42,705 nucleotides of DNA from positions 1 to 42,705 of the forward strand of contig JBIPNA010000001.1 of NCBI GenBank assembly GCA_044375665.1, in the 5' to 3' direction. The DNA is from Catalimonadaceae bacterium. GTDB taxonomy: Bacteria; Bacteroidota; Bacteroidia; Cytophagales; Flexibacteraceae. The position numbers were made by a program, and so were the translations under genes. Positions 16,653 through 27,000 of the stretch are shown piece by piece (position 1 is the first letter of the stretch; every line of letters starts with the position of its first letter). The notes under the pieces are model-generated. The model was not told the origin of the DNA and searched no databases. It saw nothing but the letters and a program-made list of their open reading frames with translations.

Positions 16653-18720
16653 ATGGGTCCAAAGTAAATGCATCTGAGGAGATTTTTTTCCCATCGAGAA
16701 TATTAACTCCAGAACCCATTTCGGGAATCGTAATTTTCCTGGGGCTATTTTCTAAATTTACCAAAACCCAACCTTTTTTCAACCTTGGGCTGACAATTAC
16801 CCCTTCTTCACCAGTAGCCTCTGGCAAAATATCCAATTTTCTAGCTTCTTCCAGACAAAGTTTTCTGATCATTTCCTTCCCGGGATCAGTGCCGAGAACA
16901 ACCACTTTACCCTTCCCTACCCTATTTTCCATGATGGCTGGTTTCCCTTTCAATAAACCATCTGAATAAATTGCAATGGCTTTTCCTGTATTGGATTTTA
17001 GCGATTCTGTCCAAAGTCCACAAACAGGCTTGTTGTCGAGGGAAATTGACGTAACGTCCAATCTGACAGGCAATAATGGATCAACGGGAATTGAGCTAAC
17101 CGGCATTCTCTCCTGAGTTTCTATACCTGTCCAGGCTTCCAGATTTCCGGTGGCATATTCGGTAAAAGCAGCCCAATCCTGATCTCTGTAACCTGTCATT
17201 GGGCCCAGAATAACTGTGCCGCCTGCTTCTACCCAAGATTTAAGTCTGGAACGAAAATCGCTGCTGGCAAATGGCAACATTGGCACGAAAAGGAGCTTGT
17301 ATTGTTTAAGGTCCTGAGACGGGTAAATGACATCACGATGTAGAAATGACTTCCACAGGGGAAGGGCAAACCTTTGGTTCCAATCATTATAGTATTTCAA
17401 ATCACCCACATACGGCTCAATTTCAAGCCCGAAGTGGGCCTGATGGCTGTATACAATGGCCACCCGGGCGTCAGCCACAGGGTTTTGCATGAGGAATTCA
17501 GAGGCTGTCTCAAACTCCTCCCCAATTTTTTTCAACATCGGGAAATTGGCAAAAGGTTTTCCCCAAACAGAGAGAATGGCCCCATGGGTCATTTCTTGTC
17601 CTGCCCGGTGTTGTTGCCAAAGCCAAAACATTGACCCTTGTCCGCCTAAAGCGACATTTAGCCAGAGAAAGGCCCGCTCGCTGCCCAAAGGTTCATGATT
17701 GTACCAGGTCCTGTCTCCTCCCGAATGAGAAGGAGCCGTTTCAAATAACCAATGAAACCCTTTTTTCATGGCTCGCATCCGATCCCAGTTTGGAGGCACA
17801 ATTTCATAACCCCGGTAGCCATGATAGCAATTCATTGACATAAAATCACAGGAACTCATAACTGTTTCATAATCCACTGGTTGCCCTGGCATAGAATCGT
17901 GGGTTACGGGCAATTTGGAATACTTATGCAAAGCCACTTCCTGCAGCTTTTGGAATTCTGCAATCTGAAGATTGCAAAACTTTTTCCATGAAAAAACCAA
18001 ACTGGGGTGATGCCAGACTCCAGCTTCACCCCCATCTTTTTTTGTAAACCTGGGCATTGGAACCTGGGAAAAATTCTGATAGGTCTGGCTCCAGAGAACG
18101 GTATTCCACCTTTTATTTAACACATCAATTGTCCCATATTCTCTTGCCAGCCATTGATGCCACAGTAATTGTGTTTCCATACTGTAATCAAAAGACAAAC
18201 CAAATTCATTGTCTGTTTGCCAGCCAATTACACCTGATTTAGAACCGAATTCCCTGGACATTGCCTCGCAAATGGCAATTGATTTTTCCCGATACTTTTT
18301 TGAGGCATAGCTACAATCCCTTCTTCCACCATGGCGAAGGACTTGTCCCGATGAAGATGTTAAAAGCATTGAAGGATATTTTTCCAACATCCAGGCAGGA
18401 GGTGTTGCAGTGGGAGTACCGAGAATAACATCAATTCCGTTGGACTTTAGTTTTTCAATTACCCGGTGAAGCCATCCAAAATTATACTTACCCTCTTCAG
18501 GCTCCATAGTGCTCCATGCGAATTCTCCAATCCTCATGACATTCATTTTTAGTTCTTTCATGTATCTGATATCCCTGTCAATCTGTGAAGTATCCCAGGC
18601 CTCGGGATAATAAGCAGCTCCATAGTAAAGCTTTTGCGCCCCCAGATATCCTTGTGCAGACAAGTCCGAAGAGAAAGAAGTTAAGGCCACTCCAAGCAGC
18701 CATTGAAGAAATTTTTTCAT
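16624..18720 (-). CDS. Glycoside hydrolase family 42 beta-galactosidase, signal-peptide bearing
   Basis: 698 aa. GAAYYPEAWD....IDRDIRYMKELKMNVMRIGEFAWSTMEPEEGKYNF.WL...I..L...GI.VILGTPTATPPAW is the canonical GH42 N-terminal catalytic region. WQTDNEFG contains the acid/base Glu context. Confidence 0.9.
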   Translation of the reverse strand: MKKFLQWLLGVALTSFSSDLSAQGYLGAQKLYYGAAYYPEAWDTSQIDRDIRYMKELKMNVMRIGEFAWSTMEPEEGKYNFGWLHRVIEKLKSNGIDVILGTPTATPPAWMLEKYPSMLLTSSSGQVLRHGGRRDCSYASKKYREKSIAICEAMSREFGSKSGVIGWQTDNEFGLSFDYSMETQLLWHQWLAREYGTIDVLNKRWNTVLWSQTYQNFSQVPMPRFTKKDGGEAGVWHHPSLVFSWKKFCNLQIAEFQKLQEVALHKYSKLPVTHDSMPGQPVDYETVMSSCDFMSMNCYHGYRGYEIVPPNWDRMRAMKKGFHWLFETAPSHSGGDRTWYNHEPLGSERAFLWLNVALGGQGSMFWLWQQHRAGQEMTHGAILSVWGKPFANFPMLKKIGEEFETASEFLMQNPVADARVAIVYSHQAHFGLEIEPYVGDLKYYNDWNQRFALPLWKSFLHRDVIYPSQDLKQYKLLFVPMLPFASSDFRSRLKSWVEAGGTVILGPMTGYRDQDWAAFTEYATGNLEAWTGIETQERMPVSSIPVDPLLPVRLDVTSISLDNKPVCGLWTESLKSNTGKAIAIYSDGLLKGKPAIMENRVGKGKVVVLGTDPGKEMIRKLCLEEARKLDILPEATGEEGVIVSPRLKKGWVLVNLENSPRKITIPEMGSGVNILDGKKISSDAFTLDPYAVMVVRRP

Positions 18721-18754
18721 GGTTTTGGTTAAAAAAATCAGCGTTTTCTGCTGC

Positions 18755-20017
18755 TTACTTTTTCGAAATAATCAAGGGAAATTCCCTTCTGTCTGCCTCC
18801 TCCTGAATCAGATCCAGGAAATATCGGGCATTGCCAAACCGGGCCTCTGTTTTTTCCCAGGCGGCAAAAAACTGGTACTGAGCGGGCTCTCCACTGCGAA
18901 TCTTAATTTTGCCATAAAACGTATGCGACACGGTATCTTTCTGTGGCCAGGGTTGAATTTTGGGTGCCTCTCCATAGCCTGAAAAAACGGCAGATTGAAA
19001 CAAAATACCCATACCCAGGAAATCATCATTTTCACTCTGTCTGGCATGTGAAGCAAGCGAAAGATATTTTTTGTTGTGCGTATTATAAATAGCGGGGTTG
19101 GGGTTTTTTAAATTAACGATTCCAATTGCCAGTTCTCTTTGTCCGGAGAATCCAGTAATGGTTACCTCGTTTGAGTACCAATATTTTCCTGCCCAGATTG
19201 AAATCCTTTGTTTTGCATTTAAGGGTTCATCACCAACCTTCCAGCCCTCGTAAATCAGCTCAAAAACCGACCTTACCGGCCCATTTGAAATCTGTCGGTA
19301 AAAAGCAGAACCGGTCTGTTGTAATGGGAAGAGATTTCCCTTGTCCACCAAAGCAAAAGCACCTGCTCCAAGAGAAGGGCCCACTTTCAGGATGTCCATT
19401 CCCCATGGACAAATATGATGATAGTCCAGATAACTACCGTCTACCGAATCTAATACGAGCCGGGAGGTTGTTTTTCCAAAAATATCAATTCCATTTCGGG
19501 AATCGAAGTAATTGCGAAAAGCCACCTTGTCGTTTTCCCAACCAGGCCCTTCCATCTGGTATCTGGGCGGTTGCTGCTGAGGTGTCCATGTTTCAGGGCG
19601 CAATTCACTTGTTACCGGTTGAAATTTCCCATCCCTGTTTTCACTGACTCCAAACCAGACCTGAGTACGTTTGGGGACTTTTTTTTCTTCTCCGACAGAG
19701 ACCCATTTGATCTTTACCTCGACATTGGTATTTCTGTTTACTGTAGCCAAAAAAGCAAGCTCATCCCATTTGCCATCTCCATTAACATCATCGAGCTGGG
19801 ATGGCAAAAGCTGTCCATCCACATAAAGCTCAGCTGTTTTTCCGTCTTGAGGTACAGAAACCAGTCCCTCCAGCGTGGCTCTGGACAATACCAAAGGATC
19901 TTCAATGCGGGCTACTCCAGAGGGGTTCTGAACAATGAATTTCCCGGATTGGGCATATGAACCATAGTAAATGACAAAAAATATTGCCAGAAAGAATAAA
20001 GGTAAAGTTTTGGTCAT
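18755..20017 (-). CDS. DUF4861-like secreted protein
   Basis: Signal peptide MTKTLPLFFLAIFFVIYYGSYAQ. LPSQLDDVNGDGKWDELAF and GPGWENDKVAFRNYFDSRNGIDIFGK match my recollection of DUF4861 proteins from Bacteroidota uronate/pectin loci. Confidence 0.65.
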   Translation of the reverse strand: MTKTLPLFFLAIFFVIYYGSYAQSGKFIVQNPSGVARIEDPLVLSRATLEGLVSVPQDGKTAELYVDGQLLPSQLDDVNGDGKWDELAFLATVNRNTNVEVKIKWVSVGEEKKVPKRTQVWFGVSENRDGKFQPVTSELRPETWTPQQQPPRYQMEGPGWENDKVAFRNYFDSRNGIDIFGKTTSRLVLDSVDGSYLDYHHICPWGMDILKVGPSLGAGAFALVDKGNLFPLQQTGSAFYRQISNGPVRSVFELIYEGWKVGDEPLNAKQRISIWAGKYWYSNEVTITGFSGQRELAIGIVNLKNPNPAIYNTHNKKYLSLASHARQSENDDFLGMGILFQSAVFSGYGEAPKIQPWPQKDTVSHTFYGKIKIRSGEPAQYQFFAAWEKTEARFGNARYFLDLIQEEADRREFPLIISKK

Positions 20018-20020
20018 TGG

Positions 20021-21091
20021 CTAAACAACAAAAAGCGAGGCCTCCAGAGACAACCCTGGGCCTATGCCCATTAGGAATCCAGATTCTCCGGAAAAAGCTT
20101 TTTCGTTTTCCAGAAACCTCCGAAGCGCAAATAAAACAGAAGCTGATGAAACATTGCCAAAATCGCGAAGGATACTTCGGGAGGTTTCTAACTTATTCTG
20201 TAACTCAGGAATATCCTTTTCCATCAGGTCCAGAATTCGTTTTCCACCAGGGTGAACCAACCAATGTTTGATTTCTTTCAATGATGATATTTCGTCTGGA
20301 ATGGGTTGCTTTAAACAAGCCCTGACTGCAAGGACTACACTTTCAGGGAGATTTCTGGCCAATCGCATATCAAATCCGGTTTCCCCCAACTTCCACGCCA
20401 TTTCGTCAGATGCATTGGCAAAAAAGGACTGATAGGACTTAATTACCTGGATTGCTTTCCCTTTAGGTCGAAGACCTGAAATCATGGTTACTGCTGCTCC
20501 ATCTGCAAAAAGCGAATTTGCAAGGATTCTATCGTCAGAATCATTTGGCTGGAAATGTAAAGTGCAAAATTCAAGACAAACCACGAGCACTTTGGCTTCT
20601 GGGTTGGCCTCTACTATGGATGAACCAAATCTAAGGGCATGAAAAAACCCATGGCATCCTAAGAAATTAAACGCTGTGGTTTGAAGGAGCGGATGAAAAC
20701 GGAAAGATTGTCGCAGAATAGACTCGGGCCCAGGAGCCATTAAACCAGTACAGCTTACCCATACCAAATGTGTTATCAGGCTTGGATTGATATCGGATTC
20801 TGACAAAAAATCCTGAACTACCTGAATAGAAAATGGAAGTGCATGCTCTCTGAACAACTCCATTCGGGTCTGAGTAGAGGCTGCATAAATGGAATTTTGT
20901 TCCGTAGTTGTGCGGAAAGCCTGAAGAACAGAATGGCGGTTTTTTATGCCCCCATCATTATAGACCCGGTTTAGTTTTCTACGATTAATTTCTGAAAGCC
21001 GGCTGTCAGACAACATCCAGGACAGAATCTCTGATTGAGCGTATGCATTCTCCGGTACGCGGAAGGTAGGTTTTGAAACAAATACCGGCAT
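20021..21091 (-). CDS. Type III polyketide synthase (chalcone/stilbene synthase family)
   Basis: 356 aa. The catalytic triad contexts are VSCTGLMAPG (Cys), HWLVHPGGKRILD (His) and FGNVSSASVLFAL (Asn). Length and layout fit bacterial type III PKS. Confidence 0.9.
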   Translation of the reverse strand: MPVFVSKPTFRVPENAYAQSEILSWMLSDSRLSEINRRKLNRVYNDGGIKNRHSVLQAFRTTTEQNSIYAASTQTRMELFREHALPFSIQVVQDFLSESDINPSLITHLVWVSCTGLMAPGPESILRQSFRFHPLLQTTAFNFLGCHGFFHALRFGSSIVEANPEAKVLVVCLEFCTLHFQPNDSDDRILANSLFADGAAVTMISGLRPKGKAIQVIKSYQSFFANASDEMAWKLGETGFDMRLARNLPESVVLAVRACLKQPIPDEISSLKEIKHWLVHPGGKRILDLMEKDIPELQNKLETSRSILRDFGNVSSASVLFALRRFLENEKAFSGESGFLMGIGPGLSLEASLFVV

Positions 21092-21144
21092 TTGGGATAA
21101 AGTTGATAAAGATTTTTCAAGAAAACCTCTTAATCCGCAGATTG

Positions 21145-21987
21145 TTAAAAGGGTTTAACTGTAGTCTTAGGAGTCGCAAGCTTGCCCCATACTTCGAGCT
21201 CTTCAGGTTGCCATAAATCAGGAAAAAAAACAACCTTAGATAGTCTGGGAATCTGATGCAGCTCCATTTGGGCTTCGGAACCTGAAATGGATCTCCATAT
21301 GTGTTTCAGCGTAGCCGGCCAGGCAATGTTGGCCATTTCATCCAGCTGACGAAGTAATCGCTTCAAACCAAGGTTTTCGGGAGATTCCCAATTCAGGCCA
21401 CGAAGACGGTCCCAAAGGTTAAGTTCTTTTTTTTGACGGGCGAATTCCAGAAGGAAGGAATAAGTGTCAGAATCTTCTTTGATGTGGTTATGGCTGGCCA
21501 GATCAGGTCCATTCCAATGTGCCCGCTTTAGCAATTCGTCAAGTCCTTCTGACTTATCAAGATTCTTAAAATCAGGATGGACCAAATTTAGAACTGGGGC
21601 CAGTGAAAGCTCCAGCATTCGGAATCTAAGGGATACTTTTCCTGAACCTGGAAAAAAAGGGGGTGGTGTAACCGGCTTTATACCAGGAGAAAACGTCCTG
21701 GCCAATTCTGAATAGGTTTGAATGAAAAGGTCGAAATACCTTATGATTCTTTCAAGGCGAACCTCTATTTCAGTTTTGAGTGGAAGTTTCCTTTGACAGA
21801 GAGATTCTGTTTCCTGAAGCATTAAGGCAAAAAAAACATCTGAGATGTGTTGAAGCTGAGTTGAAAGCTGGAGGAGCGATTCTGGCCAATCCTCAGGAAG
21901 TTCAGATTGAAAATCAAGCAATTCAACTGAGCCTGGGGGGTACACAAAATGGGAGAGCAGCTGGTCAGATTCGGTTGAAGGGGTCAT
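21145..21987 (-). CDS. Hypothetical protein (orphan; no motif recognised)
   Basis: The frame is open to 22227, but no ATG, GTG or TTG lies between 21987 and 22137, and longer versions overlap the divergent dehydrogenase start. ATG 21987 (MTPSTESDQLL...) is the most plausible start. It lies 53 nt upstream of the PKS on the same strand. Confidence 0.5.
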   Translation of the reverse strand: MTPSTESDQLLSHFVYPPGSVELLDFQSELPEDWPESLLQLSTQLQHISDVFFALMLQETESLCQRKLPLKTEIEVRLERIIRYFDLFIQTYSELARTFSPGIKPVTPPPFFPGSGKVSLRFRMLELSLAPVLNLVHPDFKNLDKSEGLDELLKRAHWNGPDLASHNHIKEDSDTYSFLLEFARQKKELNLWDRLRGLNWESPENLGLKRLLRQLDEMANIAWPATLKHIWRSISGSEAQMELHQIPRLSKVVFFPDLWQPEELEVWGKLATPKTTVKPF

Positions 21988-22128
21988 GAATTGAGTGAAA
22001 AAATCAGGATCAAATGTAGTTAAAAGCTCCTGTGGTTTTTCAGGTAAGGCCTTTCTAAAAAACTCTATTGGTAATATACAGGGCAGATTGAGCCCGAACC
22101 CTTTAATTTGCGGAAAATTTACCTGTTC

Positions 22129-23340
22129 ATGCGCCAAATAGAAAAAGAAATTGTTCGTCGTTCTCAAGCAGATGTTTTTGAAGGAACTGATTTTTACCAC
22201 CTTGACGATCTTCTCACTGAGGAGCACCGGATGATCCGGGATGCGGTAAGAGAGTTTGTAAAAAGAGAAGTAAGTCCGATTATTGAAGATTGCTGCCAGA
22301 AAAACATTTTCCCCTCTTATCTATTACCCAAATTTGGAGAGCTAGGCGCATTTGGGCCTACCATCCCTACAACATATGGAGGGGGTGGAATGGACTACAT
22401 TTCTTATGGCCTGATTATGCAGGAAATTGAGCGTGGAGATTCAGGAATGCGCTCGACCGTATCTGTCCAGAGCTCGCTGGTAATGTATCCGATATATGCG
22501 TTTGGAAACGAAGAACAGCGGAACAAGTTTTTACCAGGCTTGGCATCAGGGAAGCTGTTGGGCTGTTTTGGACTTACAGAACCTGATTTTGGGTCGAACC
22601 CATCCGGAATGGTTACCAATTATAAGGACATGGGCGATCATTACTTATTGAATGGGGCTAAAATGTGGATTTCAAATTCTCCGATGGCCGATCTTGCGGT
22701 TGTATGGGCAAAAAACGAAGCAGGTCGGATACACGGTCTGATTGTGGAGCGTGGCATGGAGGGTTTCTCAACACCAGAAACACACAACAAATGGTCTCTC
22801 AGGGCAAGCTGTACCGGGGAGCTTGTTTTTGATAATGTTAAGGTGCCAAAAGAAAATCTCCTGACAGGGAAAACGGGATTGGGTGCCCCGATGATGTGCC
22901 TTGATTCAGCAAGATATGGGATAGCCTGGGGGGCCATCGGAGCTGCAATGGATTGCTACGAGTCTGCGAAAAGGTATTCGATGGAGCGAATTCAATTTGA
23001 CAAGCCCATTGCTTCATTTCAACTAACTCAAAAAAAACTGGCTGAAATGCTGACTGAAATCACCAAAGCCCAATTGCTCACTTTCCGTTTGGGACAATTG
23101 AAAAATGAAGGCAGAGCAACAACTTCACAGATTTCTATGGCAAAACGCAACAATGTGGACATGGCCTTGCACATAGCCAGAGAAGCAAGGCAAATTCACG
23201 GTGGTATGGGTATTACGGGTGAATATCCCATCATGCGGCACATGATGAATCTGGAGTCGGTCATCACATATGAAGGAACCCATGACATCCATCTTCTTAT
23301 CCTTGGAAATGAAATTACCGGAATTCCTGCTTTCAAGTAA
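22129..23340 (+). CDS. gcdH: Glutaryl-CoA dehydrogenase-like acyl-CoA dehydrogenase
   Basis: Conserved stretches are FYHLDDLLTEEHRMIRD, FGLTEPDFGSNPSGM, and the C-terminal YEGTHDIHLLILGNEITGIPAF typical of GCDH. I prefer the ATG at 22129 over the track's TTG at 22108. Confidence 0.8.
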   Translation: MRQIEKEIVRRSQADVFEGTDFYHLDDLLTEEHRMIRDAVREFVKREVSPIIEDCCQKNIFPSYLLPKFGELGAFGPTIPTTYGGGGMDYISYGLIMQEIERGDSGMRSTVSVQSSLVMYPIYAFGNEEQRNKFLPGLASGKLLGCFGLTEPDFGSNPSGMVTNYKDMGDHYLLNGAKMWISNSPMADLAVVWAKNEAGRIHGLIVERGMEGFSTPETHNKWSLRASCTGELVFDNVKVPKENLLTGKTGLGAPMMCLDSARYGIAWGAIGAAMDCYESAKRYSMERIQFDKPIASFQLTQKKLAEMLTEITKAQLLTFRLGQLKNEGRATTSQISMAKRNNVDMALHIAREARQIHGGMGITGEYPIMRHMMNLESVITYEGTHDIHLLILGNEITGIPAFK

Positions 23341-24012
23341 ATCAGAAGGCTTAAGGTTGTAGAATTTTTTAACCGTTCTGGCGCATTAGCTCATGGGCAA
23401 TGCCAACTCCCAAAACAAAAGGGTTGCACTCGGTTTAAATCAATTCAACTACTGTTAATAGAATCGGGCTGAACCATAAATTATTCTTTGGCTTCTTAAG
23501 TCGATCAGAAAAATGATTGGCGAAAAATCCTGGGCAGGTGGAATACTCCAGATCGAAATGAGGAAAAATTCCTATCAGGTTCTAAGAAGAAAAGACCAAA
23601 TCTTACGCTGATTTTAAATTCATTTTACCAGCGAAATCCAAATAAAATAGTGGATAGATTTTTGGTCGGAAGACAAAAAGAAGCTGGTAAATTTTGACAA
23701 TTCAATTAAAGCGAATCATCTAAATATCTAATTTAGAGATTATTACAAGATTAAATCTGAATATTTGGAAATTCATTCCAGCTTGAAATAGTTTTTTCTG
23801 CTTGGCAAAACGGGACCCGTAGAGAAAGAATTCTTCCATAATTTTTCATTTCTTTTTTAAGAAAATCGGTTCTGTAAGGTCAGGCCGCCAGCTTAAGCTT
23901 GAGCCAAAAGCCAACCCTGCATATTTGAGTGTTCATAAAAGCGCCTCGCATGCCTACCGGACACAGGCATCCGAAACTGCTCTTATGCCATACCCTAACT
24001 AGCATTTTTTAC

Positions 24013-27000
24013 ATGCGGAACATTACAATGAAAAATTGGCCTTTCTATCGGATTCCGGTTGTACTTACATTATTTTTAATCCTTCAGGTTTGCCTGGAGT
24101 TTTCCGCGGAGGGGCAGTGTGTCCGTATCAGAGACCGCAGGCGCAACAATGCCTGGACATTTACCCCAAAGAAGGATTTTCGTTGTCTTTCTGCCGGCCA
24201 GTCTCCTGTTACTTCCTTCACCATTACTTTTGAATCTGCTGTAAGCAACGTTACCATTAACTGGGGAGATACAGTAGCATTTTATTCCGGTCCGATTACT
24301 ACAGTAACAAGGGTTTATAAAACTGCCGGTGTTTTCAATTATACCATTACGCAATCCGGCTGTAATTCTCAGATAAAAGGAATATTTGTAAACGACTATA
24401 ATACCTCATGTCCAGGTGTTGGTTGGATTGCTCCACCAAATGATTCAGCCCGATGCCTCCCGGATTCCCTTATTCTGTCCAACTTCTCACCCGGGATGAA
24501 TGGATTTACAGAATGGATAATCAATTGGGGCGATCAAAGCAGAGATACAGCGGACTATCCCAGTTTCGGAAAACAGTTTAGCCACAAATACAAGGCCGGA
24601 ACCCGGATATGTAATGCACAGATTTCCATCAATTACCGAAACAGCTGCAATATCGTTCCTTGTGGCCAGGCACTAAGTGCTTCTTATGGGCCTTACCGCT
24701 TTATGGAGCGGGATTCAGCCCTTGTGGACAAGAATACAATCCTGATTTGTGCACCAGTTGAAGTTAAGATTAAGGATGTTTCCAAACTCAATTGCAAGGA
24801 TACTGCCAATCGTCAGGTTTCCTGGACCGCACTGGATGGATTTAATCAACCACTTCCCAATCCCGGGAACAATATCTGGAGGCCAAGAGGACCTCAAAAA
24901 AACCAAACCATTACAATTCCACCGGACATGTTTTCGGTGGTTCCTCCCGACAGTATCTTTAAAATCCGGATGCGGATCCGTAATAAATGTGGCGAGGATA
25001 CTGCTGAGGCAGCCATCCGCCTGATTTCACCGGCTACCCCTAGTTTTACCATAGCCAACAGCAATCCATGTGTGGGTACTGAGGTTCAATTCATAAACAA
25101 CACCTTAAATCCCTTTGGTGTGGTCGATTATATCTGGTTGTTCGGGGATGGACAAACAGATACATCAAATGCTGCTTCTGTAGAACATGTTTACTATGTG
25201 AGCGGAAACATGACTGTCACCTTGATTGCCAGGACCAAAGGATTTGGAGATCAGATTTGTGAAAGAACAACCAATTTGCCAATTCTGGTAAAACCAGCGG
25301 TGCTTCCCAATATTCAAATTATGCCCATGAAATCGGGTTGTGATTCTTTGGTGGCAGTTGTAAAAAACAAATCTTCGAATCCCGAGAATGTCACCTGGGG
25401 TGGTTGGATATTTGGGAACAACCCTCCGATTAATGGAGGAAACCAGCATTTCCCAGGTCCGATATCTTCCAATCCTAATCTTGTTCAATTTCTTGCCACC
25501 AACCCAAGCGACTCGTCTGCAATTGTAAAATTTAAATCCTATGGCCTATATCCAATCCAACTGAAAGGGCAAAGCCAGGATTGCGCAGAGAATACAGGCC
25601 AGGATACAGTCCGCATTTTCCCGACTCCAAAATTACGCTGGTCTATTAGTGGCACCAATCTCTGTCAGGGAGAGCCATTTATTATCAGGGATAGCTCAAG
25701 GGTAATGGAAGTTGCGGATAACGGGCTTGGATCGAATTTTAACCACCTTGAGTGGTCTTTAAAGGTGGGCAATGATACCATTATCAATTCTGCCCAGCCA
25801 CTCATTACAGATTTTGATTCCCCATTTGCGTCGAATCGGATTTCCGTTGTTCGTTTCAAAAATGCGGGAACATTTTGGGTCAGACTCACAGTTCGAAACC
25901 TTAACGGATGTTCTGTCTCGGATAGCATACAGGTGACAGTGAAACCAAGTGCAGTACCTGTTTTTTCATTCGTGAAACAAAACTGTGACAACTCGAACCT
26001 CGTCCTGAAAAATCTAACTGTTGCTACTGCCAACAAATTCGTTTTCAAAATTTACAAAGGAAATGGGATTCTGGTCGGGCAGGAATACGCAACATTTACC
26101 CGTTACGATCAAAATGACCAGCCAATATTTCTGCCCTATTCCCCTCCGGGAGATTCCACCTTTTATTATGTGGTGCTTACGGCAGTCACCATCACCAATG
26201 GAGATTCATGCGTTGTAACATCTGAGCCTCAGGTTCTCAAAATTGCTCCGACTCCGGTTCCAGGTTTAAATATTCTACCGTCAGATGGTTGCAGCCCTTT
26301 GAACAATGTTAGTCTGGTAAATACCTCGATCAATTTACCACAATCCGGGCTCACCGTTTTCAATTGGCAGTTGGGATCCCTGGGAACTTATACAGGTACA
26401 ACTCCGCCCCCGCTCACCTTTATCAACAACGGCAATACAAATCAAAGAGATACCATCCGGATTTGTGCAGTAACAGGTGATGGATGCAGCTATTGTACCG
26501 AAAAAGTGGCCATCACCTTCCCTCAGCCAAAGGCAGAAATTTTGGCGCCAGACAGCATATGTTCAGGGACAATGGTTGAATTATCTGCCACAACTATTGG
26601 TGCAGTAAGCCACAAATGGGAATTCCTTGACTATGACGGCAGCAGTTCTTCTCAGGCGACAACGAGCAAAATCTTCAACAACACAACCGGACAGCCTAAG
26701 TTTTTCACTCTCAGACTTACTGTAAGGTCTTCGGCAGATTGTCCTTTTGTCACGGAAAAAATCCTGAAGGTAAATCCAAATCCGGAGTTTGCTATTCAAA
26801 CAAGTACGGTTCAGACAGCCAATTGCGGGCCTCTTGAAGCAACTTTTACCTATCAAAGTCCTCAAAACGCTTCCAAATATCAATGGTACTTTGGAAATGG
26901 AGATAGTCTTATAACCAGTACAACTGATACAGTTTTTAAAGTCTATTCAAATGAGACTTCGGCACCTGTCCAGAATACCGTCCAGATTTTGGCGACTTCG

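Noticed and set aside
23826-23899. Two perfect 10-bp palindromes: aagaattctt at 23826-23835 and agcttaagct at 23890-23899.
   Set aside because: They are short enough to arise by chance in AT-rich sequence. They are not related to each other, and nothing suggests an operator pair or inversion site.
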